NCBI GenBank assembly: GCA_965246985.1
Contig: OZ251998.1
Span: forward strand, 4,191,381-4,255,380
Reading direction: 5' to 3'
DNA from: Candidatus Poribacteria bacterium
GTDB taxonomy: Bacteria > Poribacteria > WGA-4E > WGA-3G
DNA length: 64,000 nt
Below are positions 1 to 9,040 of this stretch, in pieces (positions within the stretch are counted from its first letter, which is position 1; each line of letters begins with the position of its first letter). The notes below the pieces were generated by a model. The model was not told where the DNA came from and made no database searches. It saw nothing but the letters and a program-made list of their open reading frames with translations. A program made the translations under genes and the position numbers.

Positions 1-15
1 GAACAGATAAAAAAA

Positions 16-1161
16 CGGAATTAGTCGTTTTGGACTTGGAATTTTTCATTTTTTCAGATTTCACCGCTCATACTTTCGGTGAGAAACTTCGCGAAGATAT
101 TTTCATCGCGGTAGTTGTATTTATAGCACGCCTCTGCGAGATACAGGGGCGTGTATTGTGTTGAATAGTGGTGATGCGATCCATACCACGCACGCTTCAC
201 AAAAGACCAAAAACCTTCCATTGTGTTCGTATGTATCCCATCAGGCTCCCATTTCTGACTCCGGTTCATCGTTTCATGCTTCATCTCTTTACCGATAGAG
301 TTATAGCCTTTATATTGGTCGGTATAGAGTTCGGCATCGTCTATTTTCACAAACGTCTTGATAAACTCAGCGATTGTGTTACCCTTGACATTCTCAACAA
401 GTTCAGCGACAACTTTCCCGCCTCTTGCGACGGCACCAAGCACGACATCTTTCGCTGTGCCGCGCCCGCGTTTACGGGGTTCGCCAACCTCTTTATCGTA
501 GTCTTTCTTGCGTTTGCCACCGATATAGGTTTCGTCTGCCTCAACAATTCCTTGTAGTAAGACGTTATCCTTCGCCATCTCTGCGCGTATACTCATCATT
601 AGACGCCAACATGTTTTTTGTGGTAACCCCAAATCGCGTGAGAGTTGACAACTTGAGAGGCTTTTCTTCGCATTCGCCATCAACGAGATAGCGAGAAACC
701 ATTTCTGAAGCGGTATCTTCGTCCCTTGAAAGAGTGTTCCGTGTGTTGCCTTGAACGAGGATCGGCAATCGTGGCAATTCCAGCGTCCAATACGTCCTAT
801 AGCGTGTTCGGTCCGGCGTCTGACGTGTGTAGACTCACAATGTGGACATTCTGGGGATCCCTGCCATCTGAGACGTTCTAAATACGCAATACAAGCCTCT
901 TGCGTTGGAAACATCTCCATAATCTTGATCACATCCATCAGAAAATGCTCCTCTATTATTTTAGGGGTTGCATTTCCTGAGTCAATTCTGATAAAATAAT
1001 CAGATAAGGGGAATCAAGAAAAGCCACCCGCTTTTTTGGGTTCGATAGGGGACTCACAATCCCCTATTTTCTTATCTATATTGTATCACATAAACCCTTT
1101 ATTTACAAGGGTTCATCGCGGTTTCTAACAACTTTTTGCAAGTCCAAAACGACTAATTCCG
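16..1161 (-). mobile_element. IS1595-family insertion sequence, apparently intact
   Basis: 23-bp perfect terminal inverted repeats CGGAATTAGTCGTTTTGGACTTG at 16-38 and the reverse complement at 1139-1161. An 8-bp direct repeat TAAAAAAA flanks both ends (8-15 and 1162-1169), matching the 8-bp TSD typical of IS1595. A single transposase ORF lies inside. Confidence 0.85.
54..938 (-). CDS. IS1595-family (ISXO2-like) transposase
   Basis: 294-aa ORF with an N-terminal C-x2-C...C-x2-C zinc ribbon (CPHCES...CHDCRS) followed by an ISXO2-like DDE domain. It is bounded by the inverted repeats. Confidence 0.85.
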   Translation of the reverse strand: MDVIKIMEMFPTQEACIAYLERLRWQGSPECPHCESTHVRRRTEHAIGRIGRWNCHDCRSSFKATHGTLFQGTKIPLQKWFLAISLMANAKKSLSSCQLSRDLGLPQKTCWRLMMSIRAEMAKDNVLLQGIVEADETYIGGKRKKDYDKEVGEPRKRGRGTAKDVVLGAVARGGKVVAELVENVKGNTIAEFIKTFVKIDDAELYTDQYKGYNSIGKEMKHETMNRSQKWEPDGIHTNTMEGFWSFVKRAWYGSHHHYSTQYTPLYLAEACYKYNYRDENIFAKFLTESMSGEI

Positions 1162-1208
1162 TAAAAAAATATCCGGGTGGATTTGCAGTCAGTGACGAGA
1201 CGTTCTAC

Positions 1209-1784
1209 GTGGAATATAAGCGAAGGCTTTTCCGATGGAAACGCGGTGAACTTGAATGGTTCAATACTGGATTGCTCGATATGGCAGGACTCCCTGATGA
1301 TTTTGATAGTCTGAAAGATAATATGGAAGACCTCAAGCTTGCTGTTTTAGGCGAAACTGTCTATGCAGGCAAACGAGATGGTCATCTATTTCGATCGCTT
1401 GATGGCGGCAACACTTGGAAAGATTTAACGCCAAATCTGCCACTCCGCTTTGATCGCTTCAACGAGATTGTCTTTGCAGATTCAACCGTGTACGTCGCGA
1501 CAGACACAGGTGTTTTAACATTGGAAGATGGCGAACACTGGCGCACAATCACCGATAAGGAAAGCGCACACACTATCATAGACCGAATCGCTGTGGCTGG
1601 CACGGCGGTTTATGGTGTAGGTGATGGTGGCGCATACCGATTGGATAATCGTGGCGAATGGGAAAAAATCTCGCCAGAAGTGCCAGATAGTATCATTTCT
1701 GCCACTATTAATGGTGATAGGCTTTATGTAGCTACTGAACTGCGCGGGATGTTCCACATCTCGCTTGAAAACGAAAACAATTAA
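1209..1784 (+). CDS. BNR/Ycf48-like repeat protein, probably the 3-prime part of a gene interrupted by the IS1595 insertion
   Basis: BNR-type repeats (DGGNTWKDLT, DGEHWRTI). GTG start without a signal peptide. The reading frame stays open upstream through the IS right end and across the empty-site junction. Confidence 0.5.
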   Translation: MEYKRRLFRWKRGELEWFNTGLLDMAGLPDDFDSLKDNMEDLKLAVLGETVYAGKRDGHLFRSLDGGNTWKDLTPNLPLRFDRFNEIVFADSTVYVATDTGVLTLEDGEHWRTITDKESAHTIIDRIAVAGTAVYGVGDGGAYRLDNRGEWEKISPEVPDSIISATINGDRLYVATELRGMFHISLENENN

Positions 1785-1818
1785 TGTTCCATGATATTGA
1801 AGACACAGGAGGTCTCTC

Positions 1819-2958
1819 ATGAAAAATCGTCTGTTTCCTATTAGTATGGGTTTATGCTTCGTCCTTCTTATTGCAGTGGCGTATTTACGCCCACCAAGTC
1901 CTGAAACCGAAGCACCCGTCGAAACGGAATCTGTTCAGGAAAGTGTCAAGCCAACCGATATGCTCCAAACTGAGAACGCAACCCGTTCGCATGGAACTGA
2001 TGCGACCCCTCAAGCATCTATGCCGAACATAGATAACATAGATATGGAGGCGTACAAAGCGGCACTGCGTTCAAAGGACCCTGAACGCATTAAAGAGGCT
2101 TTGGGTCCAGAGATCTCAGCCCGAGTTGAGGCTGGTGTTGAGGCTGGTATAAAATTCATGGAGGAAAAAACGGAAGGTTTAGAGGTAGGCGAATTTCCTG
2201 ATTTCAATCTCCAAGAATACATGAAGGTTCTCATGGGTGAAGATGCTCCCAAAATTGATTGGGAAAAAATTACACAATCGGGTTTCCGCGAACATTTTCC
2301 TGAAGGCGAGCCTGAAGATTATGAAGCGGAAATGGCGGCACGAATTCATGAAATAGTGGCTGCGACACCCGGCGACTTTCAAAAAGTAATGCTTGCTGTT
2401 GTGATGGGCCTCGCCAAGGAGCAGGATTTTCAATTCTGGGCACTTGCCAACTTTAAAGGCGAGATGGGTCAACAGATGGACTGGATGACGCAACAAATCC
2501 TGGTAGCAGGAGAATTAGAAAATATCCAGTATACTATTCCAGAAGATATGTCTACATTTCTACCAACGCTTACGGAAACTGAAACGCAAGGCACAGGAAC
2601 GCCGACACCAAAACTGCAAGCCACAACATCTACTACGGAATCAACTCAACCGCCATCCACCCGTCCAAACGAAAACGGCGTGGCTGCAACAGAGAAACCT
2701 GAAGCGGCTCTACCTTCACCGATGTCAGTAGAGCGAATCAATTCTATCAGAGAACTCTTATCTCAAGACGGGACAGATGCGGGGGTGTTGCGTCTGCTTG
2801 AAACCGATAAGGCGGCAGCAAACTGGCTTCTGGAACGTTTTAACTCACCCACTGAAATAGAAAAATGGCTTTCTAAACAACCGACAGAGGGACCACGATT
2901 GAAACCCAATCCGCGCCAAATCCCTCCACAACCTTTACCGCCGGAGGTCCAACCATGA
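1819..2958 (+). CDS. secreted Pro/Thr/Glu-rich hypothetical protein
   Basis: AGGAGG RBS at 1808-1813. N-terminal hydrophobic signal or anchor. Low-complexity PT-rich C-terminal half. Its stop overlaps the next start (ATGA). Confidence 0.6.
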   Translation: MKNRLFPISMGLCFVLLIAVAYLRPPSPETEAPVETESVQESVKPTDMLQTENATRSHGTDATPQASMPNIDNIDMEAYKAALRSKDPERIKEALGPEISARVEAGVEAGIKFMEEKTEGLEVGEFPDFNLQEYMKVLMGEDAPKIDWEKITQSGFREHFPEGEPEDYEAEMAARIHEIVAATPGDFQKVMLAVVMGLAKEQDFQFWALANFKGEMGQQMDWMTQQILVAGELENIQYTIPEDMSTFLPTLTETETQGTGTPTPKLQATTSTTESTQPPSTRPNENGVAATEKPEAALPSPMSVERINSIRELLSQDGTDAGVLRLLETDKAAANWLLERFNSPTEIEKWLSKQPTEGPRLKPNPRQIPPQPLPPEVQP

Positions 2959-3815
2959 GGCAAAACACAAATGTCCCTTCCATAAAATGCATCACCTTGT
3001 TCCTATTGTTTCTCTTTCTCTGCTTCAATAACGCTCTTGAGAGCGCAGAAGAAAATGAATCTGCAGGGGCGACAGAAAATGAATTAGTAGGTGAAATGAT
3101 GAAGGGAGCGGAAGATGTCATGGCGCACCACAAAAAGCGCGAAAAGGCACTAAAGGCATTAGTTAGCACGCCTTTGACCGAAACACAGCAAGAACTGCTG
3201 AGCGAACTCCTTCAGCACACCGGCACGCTGGATGAGACCTTATCCAACACGCCGTACTTGGCTTATCTGAAAACGGAAGTTGGAAAGGAATACACAGATT
3301 TTCCTGCTTATGTTGCGGCGATGCCGACCCCGAAGCAGAAAACTGCTATGCTGTTTTCTTTTAAAGAAGCATTACCACCAAAAACAAAAGCAGAGACACT
3401 ATCGGCTTGCACAGATTACTACTTCAAACTCCGTTTGCTGTTGGTAAAAGAGCCGAACACTCTTGATAACATGAATTCACTTATCGCATTCCAAACCAAA
3501 CATTTGATGGAACCGCTGATGGCAATCTACCCCCCAGCAGAACTGGTTTCCCACATGTCGGAACTGATGCAGATGGCGATGGTTACCAATCTTAGAGGTC
3601 AGATGCATACTGAAGTTTTTCACGACGCGTGGCGCAAGCGTTTAGAAAAATACGGTTCATTGGAAGGATTGCTGCGGTGTGCAATCACAACACCTGCTGA
3701 ATTTGCCCTCACGCGTTCATTTTTTGAGGACGCAGCAGCATTTGAAAAATGGATTCAGGCACCCTTGAAAACAGAAAAGGAGTCTGACAAGAAAAAAGAA
3801 CAAATAGACAAATAA
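2955..3815 (+). CDS. hypothetical membrane-anchored protein, paralog of 9041-9850
   Basis: N-terminal TM segment. Clear similarity to the ORF at 9041-9850 (shared stretches PYLAYLKTE/PYLTYLKTQ and EGLLRCAITTPAEFALTRSFF/EGLLLCAVASPGEFALMRSFF). Translationally coupled to the upstream gene. Confidence 0.6.
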   Translation: MRQNTNVPSIKCITLFLLFLFLCFNNALESAEENESAGATENELVGEMMKGAEDVMAHHKKREKALKALVSTPLTETQQELLSELLQHTGTLDETLSNTPYLAYLKTEVGKEYTDFPAYVAAMPTPKQKTAMLFSFKEALPPKTKAETLSACTDYYFKLRLLLVKEPNTLDNMNSLIAFQTKHLMEPLMAIYPPAELVSHMSELMQMAMVTNLRGQMHTEVFHDAWRKRLEKYGSLEGLLRCAITTPAEFALTRSFFEDAAAFEKWIQAPLKTEKESDKKKEQIDK

Positions 3816-3823
3816 ATCGGATT

Positions 3824-3943
3824 TATAGTAAAGCCCGAAAACACATTGACATTTTAGGGAATAATACTTCCCTCTTCTTCGCTGGCGGGGTTTGTAACCC
3901 CGCTTTCTGTAGATGTATAGTTAATTGTGGGCTTTACTATAAA
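3824..3943. repeat. MITE-like element family A (TATAGTAAAGCCC...GGGCTTTACTATA ends, internal GCGGGGTTTGTAACCCCGC hairpin)
   Basis: Approximately 120 bp with terminal inverted repeats. A second copy at 38040-38105 plus 39351-39400 is split by an IS630 insertion. Confidence 0.6.
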
Positions 3944-3988
3944 CTGAACCCATGTTAAAATTAACGTCCAAATCCAGAGTGAATACGT

Positions 3989-4264
3989 CCATAAACATTA
4001 CACACCACAGGTGTCAATTTAGTGATTTTTCACGGTATGTAGGAACAGTATCTTTATAGATGCCGCCCCTACGGGGCTTAGGACGCGGTTGCTACAACTT
4101 TCTACACAAATGCCGTCCCTACGGGACTAAAGACAATCCTTTATCTCATATTTTATAGACGATAGGATAGATGTTTCTGTTTGCTAACACTTTTCGCATC
4201 TCAAGAAACAGGTATATTTTTCTTAAATTTACACCTATGACCCATAAGCATTACACACCTAAGG
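3989..4264. repeat. MITE-like element family B, copy 1, with long flanking direct repeats
   Basis: Terminal inverted repeats GGTGTCAATTTAG (4010-) and CTTAAATTTACACC (-4235). Internal paired hairpins ATGCCGCCCCTACGGGGCTTAGG and ATGCCGTCCCTACGGGACTAAAG. Flanked by a direct repeat of about 23 bp, CCATAA(A/G)CATTACACACC..AGG, at 3989-4011 and 4242-4264. Confidence 0.6.
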
Positions 4265-4274
4265 AGAAATCATA

Positions 4275-6107
4275 ATGATAAAGAAACGTTTACCCTTATG
4301 CTGCATCGCATTGACACTCCTAACAACGCTTTTATTCGCCGGTTTTAATGTAGCTGAAGCCGATCTGACAACAGATGCAACGCCGCAAAAATCTGAAACT
4401 TCCGCGATTACTGTTCCCAACAGTAGTGTTCTGCATCTCATTCCGGCAAAGACTTTAGGACTCATTTACTGTCCTAACTTGCTTGAATTGGACAGCAGGA
4501 TTAACTCGTTGGTAGCAGAACTCTCACCTCAAACAGAAGTCCCTGATGTAGTCGCAAAAACTTTGTCAAATGCCTTCAATGCTCAACTTGAGAGCTTAGT
4601 CGATTTTGAAGAAGTCGAATTGGATTTGAGCCAAGATTTTGCAATCATCCTCACCAGTTTAAAGCCGATGCAATTCGCCCTACTCGTGCATCTAACAGAC
4701 CCTGAAGCAATGAAACAGATAATTGGAAAGGTAACGAATGAAGGCGATCTCGCGCAACATAACGATGTAACCTACTGGTACGACAGTGAAGGTGCCGAGA
4801 GTTTCACCATTTTGGAGAACATGTTTGTCTTCTCAAAGCATCGCGAGGTTTGTAAAAATATTATTGATACCTATAAAAGAACAAGGCAGTCTATCATACA
4901 GAACCCAGATTATGTCTCTTTCCTTACCGATATTTCAGAAGATGACGATCAACTGGCGGTTTACTTTGATGTTGAAACCTTCATTGCTACCCTTGACCAA
5001 CCGCTTGAGGAAGAATTGGAATCAATTATAGACAACCTTGAAGATGCCGATGAAGATGTCGATATTGCGCCACTCCTTAAAGGTATATCTGAAGGAGGGA
5101 TCACATTTATCAGGCAGGTGCGATATGCAAATGTCCGATTTCACGTGGACGGAACCGATGTCCAAATCAAGCCGTTCCTGAAATTCAAAAACGGTAGTGA
5201 ATTTCTGGAAGTTTTTGAAGAGGTATCAGACGAACTGGGTTTCCTTGGTGAACTTCCAGACCGAACTATTATAAATGGTGCTTTTCAAGGGAGTCCAAAA
5301 TTTCTAACAGAAATAAGCACATCCTGGTTTAGGTTCTTTCCAAAAGGTAATCCAGAAGGGCAAGCCCAGCGAGAAGAACTCCTTGAACAGGTAAAACATT
5401 TTTATGAATCTCTGGCAGACCGATGGAGTTTCTCGCTCAGTTTCGGGGATACCCTTTTGCCTCAGTATCTGTTCATTTACGAACTGAAAGATGAAGAAAG
5501 CGCGAAAACCTATATGGATGAGACGATTCTTGAAAAACTCAACTATACAGGAGCTTATCCAAGTAAGTCAATAATGCACAACCGTGTTGAAATTAAAAGT
5601 TATATCTTTCCTAATTTCAAAGTAGATCTTCCTGCGGAGTTTCCCGAAGCTACCGATTTGATGCCTACCGATTTGATGCCTACGGAATGGCACTGGTATT
5701 ACGCATTTACCGAAGGTCAACTCCTTTTCACAATGGGAACCAGTCCAGAATCAATTATAATGGCTCTCGATAGGAAAGCAGGGATCGGGAATAGGTTTTC
5801 TGAACACTTGAGTTATCAAAAACTCGTTGAGACCTTGGGGACCGACAATAACGTCCTTCTGGCGATTTCCCCAATTGTCGCATTTAAAAGTATGTTGCAG
5901 TTGATGGGAGAAACCATTCCATCACTGCAACTGTTTTCAACCTTGATCATGTCTTTACCAGATAACTACAGCCTCGGATTTTCTGCTAAAGCGAAAGGCA
6001 ATGGTATTGATGCGAACCTGCTCCTTAACCTCGGCGACTTCAAGCAGCTCGCGGAAATGTTTGGGATAATGTCTCAAATGATGCCTCAAATGGGACAGAT
6101 GCAATAG
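4275..6107 (+). CDS. secreted hypothetical protein (610 aa)
   Basis: RBS AAGGAGAAA. Cleavable-looking signal peptide (LLTTLLFAGFNVAEA). Acidic. Contains an in-frame 15-bp tandem duplication (PTDLMPTDLM). No recognised domain. Confidence 0.6.
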   Translation: MIKKRLPLCCIALTLLTTLLFAGFNVAEADLTTDATPQKSETSAITVPNSSVLHLIPAKTLGLIYCPNLLELDSRINSLVAELSPQTEVPDVVAKTLSNAFNAQLESLVDFEEVELDLSQDFAIILTSLKPMQFALLVHLTDPEAMKQIIGKVTNEGDLAQHNDVTYWYDSEGAESFTILENMFVFSKHREVCKNIIDTYKRTRQSIIQNPDYVSFLTDISEDDDQLAVYFDVETFIATLDQPLEEELESIIDNLEDADEDVDIAPLLKGISEGGITFIRQVRYANVRFHVDGTDVQIKPFLKFKNGSEFLEVFEEVSDELGFLGELPDRTIINGAFQGSPKFLTEISTSWFRFFPKGNPEGQAQREELLEQVKHFYESLADRWSFSLSFGDTLLPQYLFIYELKDEESAKTYMDETILEKLNYTGAYPSKSIMHNRVEIKSYIFPNFKVDLPAEFPEATDLMPTDLMPTEWHWYYAFTEGQLLFTMGTSPESIIMALDRKAGIGNRFSEHLSYQKLVETLGTDNNVLLAISPIVAFKSMLQLMGETIPSLQLFSTLIMSLPDNYSLGFSAKAKGNGIDANLLLNLGDFKQLAEMFGIMSQMMPQMGQMQ

Positions 6108-6122
6108 GCACGTTTTTAACTC

Positions 6123-6159
6123 GTTCACAAGATACTTGTGGGCGAGTTTTTTTGTGAAC
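6123..6159 (+). terminator. possible hairpin/terminator after 4275-6107
   Basis: GTTCACAA...TTGTGAAC 8-bp inverted repeat enclosing CACAAG-ATA-CTTGTG and a T7 run. Confidence 0.3.
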
Positions 6160-6253
6160 ACACTGTTGGAAAATTCAATCATCGTCAACAGAAACATCTA
6201 ATTTAGCGTTAATGCCAATAATTCAAATTCCAAACGGAGGTTGAAACTTCTTC

Positions 6254-8953
6254 ATGATATTCCGTCTATGTCTAATCCTGTTTGTAGTGCTTATGATACC
6301 GCTTTCTGTTTTTGCTGAAACGGATGATACCGAAAAAGATAAGAGTCCTAAAACCAAAAGAAGCATCTGGCAGCGAATTCTCCCACGCACAGGCGATATA
6401 GAAGGCACCGTCTACCAGCACGATACCGACACACCGTTAGTTGAAGCAGAAGTACGCATCGTTGAAGCGGAGCAGCATCAAAAAACAGGTAAAGATGGAA
6501 CATTTCTCTTTACCGAAATCCCTGTCGGAACATATACGCTCTCTATATCTCATCCGTCTTATAATACACCCACAAAAATTCCGATTGAGATTCGCGCCGG
6601 TGAGACGCTCCGTGGAAAATTTTACCCCGGTGCGGAGGCGCCGTTTGTCAATGCCACCGATAGCGGGGATATTGACGGGCACGTCTACAGTCAAACGACA
6701 GGGAAAACTCTCGCTGATGCCGAGGTCCGCTTCATCGAAATCGACGTGTCTGGCAAAACAGATGCCTCGGGAAACTTTCAGTTTATAGGTATCGCCCCTG
6801 GCATTTATACCCTATCAATCACCCATGAAACGTCCAAGACCCCTACGACTACAAAAATACACGTAACAGCAGGCGACACCACACAGGTGAAAATATATCT
6901 CGGTGCAGCGGTCAGACTCGAAACAGTTGTTGTAGAAGGGCAACGCCTTCCACCGACGATTAGCCGCAAGGAGATTCGAGGCAGTGAGTTGATACGGATT
7001 CCGGGGACAGGGCGCGACGCACTCAAGGGTCTAACGACATTGCCGAGCATCGGTATCCCGAACGATCTCTTTGGTATTCTCTATATCCGCGGGAGTGCGC
7101 CAGGAGAAACACTCCTCTATCTGGATAGAACTCCGATCGGCTACCCGTTCCACTATGGCGGACTCTTCTCAACCATTAACTCAGATAGCATTGAGGACAT
7201 CCAGATTTACGCCGGTGGATACGGTGCTGAATTCGGGTTAGATTCACAATCGGTTATTGATATCCATTCGCGCGAGGCGTTGGAAAAGAGGTGGGGAGGT
7301 GTGTTTAACCTGAACATTATATCCCCTTCTGGATTTCTTGAAACCAAAATTGGGGACAAAGGTTACGCATCTGTTGCTGGACGATTTACCATCCATAATC
7401 TAATACTTGGGCTTTTCTTTGACTGGACCTTTCCTACGTGGTCGGACTATCAACTTAAATTTGCTTATCAACTTACGGAAAAGCATCATCTTACACTCAA
7501 CGGTTTGGGAGCGACAGACCATTTCGATTTTTCCAATTTTGGATCAGAAGATGACGAAGAAACCGCTGATTTTTCCTTCTATTTCAAAAACGGGTTTGAG
7601 GCAGAAGGCATCCATCTCCGTTCCGTTTTCACCAACAGACTTACGTCTCACCTTTCACTGACGCGTTCTCATAGTTTTCTCAATATTCATCTCGGTAGCA
7701 CCTCAAGCCAAGACGACAAGCCCGAGAATGAAGGATTCATCTATGATGTCAAGGTTAACACCCCGACGTATACGCTTCGCGAAGATGTGTCCTACAAATT
7801 AACACCGACACTTCAATTGGAGCCGGGATTCCTTCTCAGTATCAGTCCAGCCGAGAGCCTTACACACACCTCTTCTGCAGAAAACATAGATTTTGATGCT
7901 GACGAGGAACCGTCATGGACACAGCAGCCTGACGAATTTAATTACACGTTCCGGCGTGCAGAAGGTTACTTACAGGCGCGCTACGATCCACTATCGTTTC
8001 TCTCTGTCGCGTTGGGGGTGCGGTTTGATTATCTCAACCTGACAGAAGAGCTCTCAATTCAGCCGCGCGGGAGCCTCAGCCTCACACTGCCATCGACTAC
8101 CAAACTTCGGTTCGCTTACGGCAGATACGAACAGAGTCCCTTGGCATATCAGGTGTTAAAGGCAGATGGAAACCGAGCCCTAAAATCAAGTCTGACCGAA
8201 CATTATATCATGGAGTTAGAACACCAACTTTCGCCACAAACGGAACTCAAGTTCGCGCTTTATTACAAAGACATGCGAAAATTAGTCACGCGATCTGTCA
8301 ATCTTGAAACACTCTTTGACGATTCAGATGCTGCGGTTACAACAGGTTATTTCAATCAAGGTATCGGGTTTGTGAATGGTGCGGAGATATTCCTGCGACA
8401 CCGTGTTAGCGAAAAATTCTTTGGATGGCTATCATACACCTATACCCATATAGAGCGACGTGAGACACCGGACGCTATTTATAAGCCGTTTCTCTTTGAT
8501 AACACACATATTGTCAGCATCGTCGCCAACTACAGTCCAACGACGAAAACAGAGATTGGTGCGAAGTGGCAATATTCCAGTGGTACCACCGCAGTTCCCT
8601 TAAGCACCCTCATTACGGTCCAGGACCCTGTGACGGTGGGTATGCATCCACTCATTTCTGATGTTGCAGGTGCGATTTTTCCGACAGAGTTTCCAGCGTA
8701 TCACCGCTTGGATCTCCGTTTTAGTAAGAAAAGAAAGTGGTGGGGACTCCCTGTGACAGCATATACCGAGATTTTGAATGTCTATAATCGGAAAAATAAA
8801 ATAAGATTCCGTTTGGCTGATAGACTTCTGGAGGAACTTGAAAGGTTGGAACTTGAGGCGGACACAGAAGAACTGGGTTTGGAAATCAATGAGTATTTTG
8901 AGATTCCTCAACTTCGTTTTACTATTTCTGCCGGACTCATCTATGAATTTTGA
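6254..8953 (+). CDS. TonB-dependent-receptor-like outer-membrane protein with two N-terminal carboxypeptidase-regulatory-like domains
   Basis: Signal peptide. Two repeats of G(D)I(E/D)G(T/H)VY...GxYTLSI(S/T)H. A plug-like region (IRGS...LYLDRTPIGYPFHYGG). A long beta-barrel part ending in the C-terminal aromatic ...GLIYEF. Confidence 0.7.
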   Translation: MIFRLCLILFVVLMIPLSVFAETDDTEKDKSPKTKRSIWQRILPRTGDIEGTVYQHDTDTPLVEAEVRIVEAEQHQKTGKDGTFLFTEIPVGTYTLSISHPSYNTPTKIPIEIRAGETLRGKFYPGAEAPFVNATDSGDIDGHVYSQTTGKTLADAEVRFIEIDVSGKTDASGNFQFIGIAPGIYTLSITHETSKTPTTTKIHVTAGDTTQVKIYLGAAVRLETVVVEGQRLPPTISRKEIRGSELIRIPGTGRDALKGLTTLPSIGIPNDLFGILYIRGSAPGETLLYLDRTPIGYPFHYGGLFSTINSDSIEDIQIYAGGYGAEFGLDSQSVIDIHSREALEKRWGGVFNLNIISPSGFLETKIGDKGYASVAGRFTIHNLILGLFFDWTFPTWSDYQLKFAYQLTEKHHLTLNGLGATDHFDFSNFGSEDDEETADFSFYFKNGFEAEGIHLRSVFTNRLTSHLSLTRSHSFLNIHLGSTSSQDDKPENEGFIYDVKVNTPTYTLREDVSYKLTPTLQLEPGFLLSISPAESLTHTSSAENIDFDADEEPSWTQQPDEFNYTFRRAEGYLQARYDPLSFLSVALGVRFDYLNLTEELSIQPRGSLSLTLPSTTKLRFAYGRYEQSPLAYQVLKADGNRALKSSLTEHYIMELEHQLSPQTELKFALYYKDMRKLVTRSVNLETLFDDSDAAVTTGYFNQGIGFVNGAEIFLRHRVSEKFFGWLSYTYTHIERRETPDAIYKPFLFDNTHIVSIVANYSPTTKTEIGAKWQYSSGTTAVPLSTLITVQDPVTVGMHPLISDVAGAIFPTEFPAYHRLDLRFSKKRKWWGLPVTAYTEILNVYNRKNKIRFRLADRLLEELERLELEADTEELGLEINEYFEIPQLRFTISAGLIYEF

Positions 8954-9040
8954 TGCAAGTTCCATGCTTATTAAATGGTTGCAATGCAATTCATACAAAT
9001 GCTATTATGTAGTTATAGCATGAAGAAAAAGGAGCATGAG

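Noticed and set aside
168-557. 129-aa ORF antisense to the IS1595 transposase (and 347-547, 425-691, 565-777)
   Set aside because: These are fully nested antisense frames inside a well-supported transposase gene, with no RBS or motifs.
5651-5690. 15-bp in-frame tandem duplication (TACCGATTTGATGCC x2) inside gene 4275-6107
   Set aside because: It is a simple microduplication giving PTDLMPTDLM. It is noted but has no evident functional signal.
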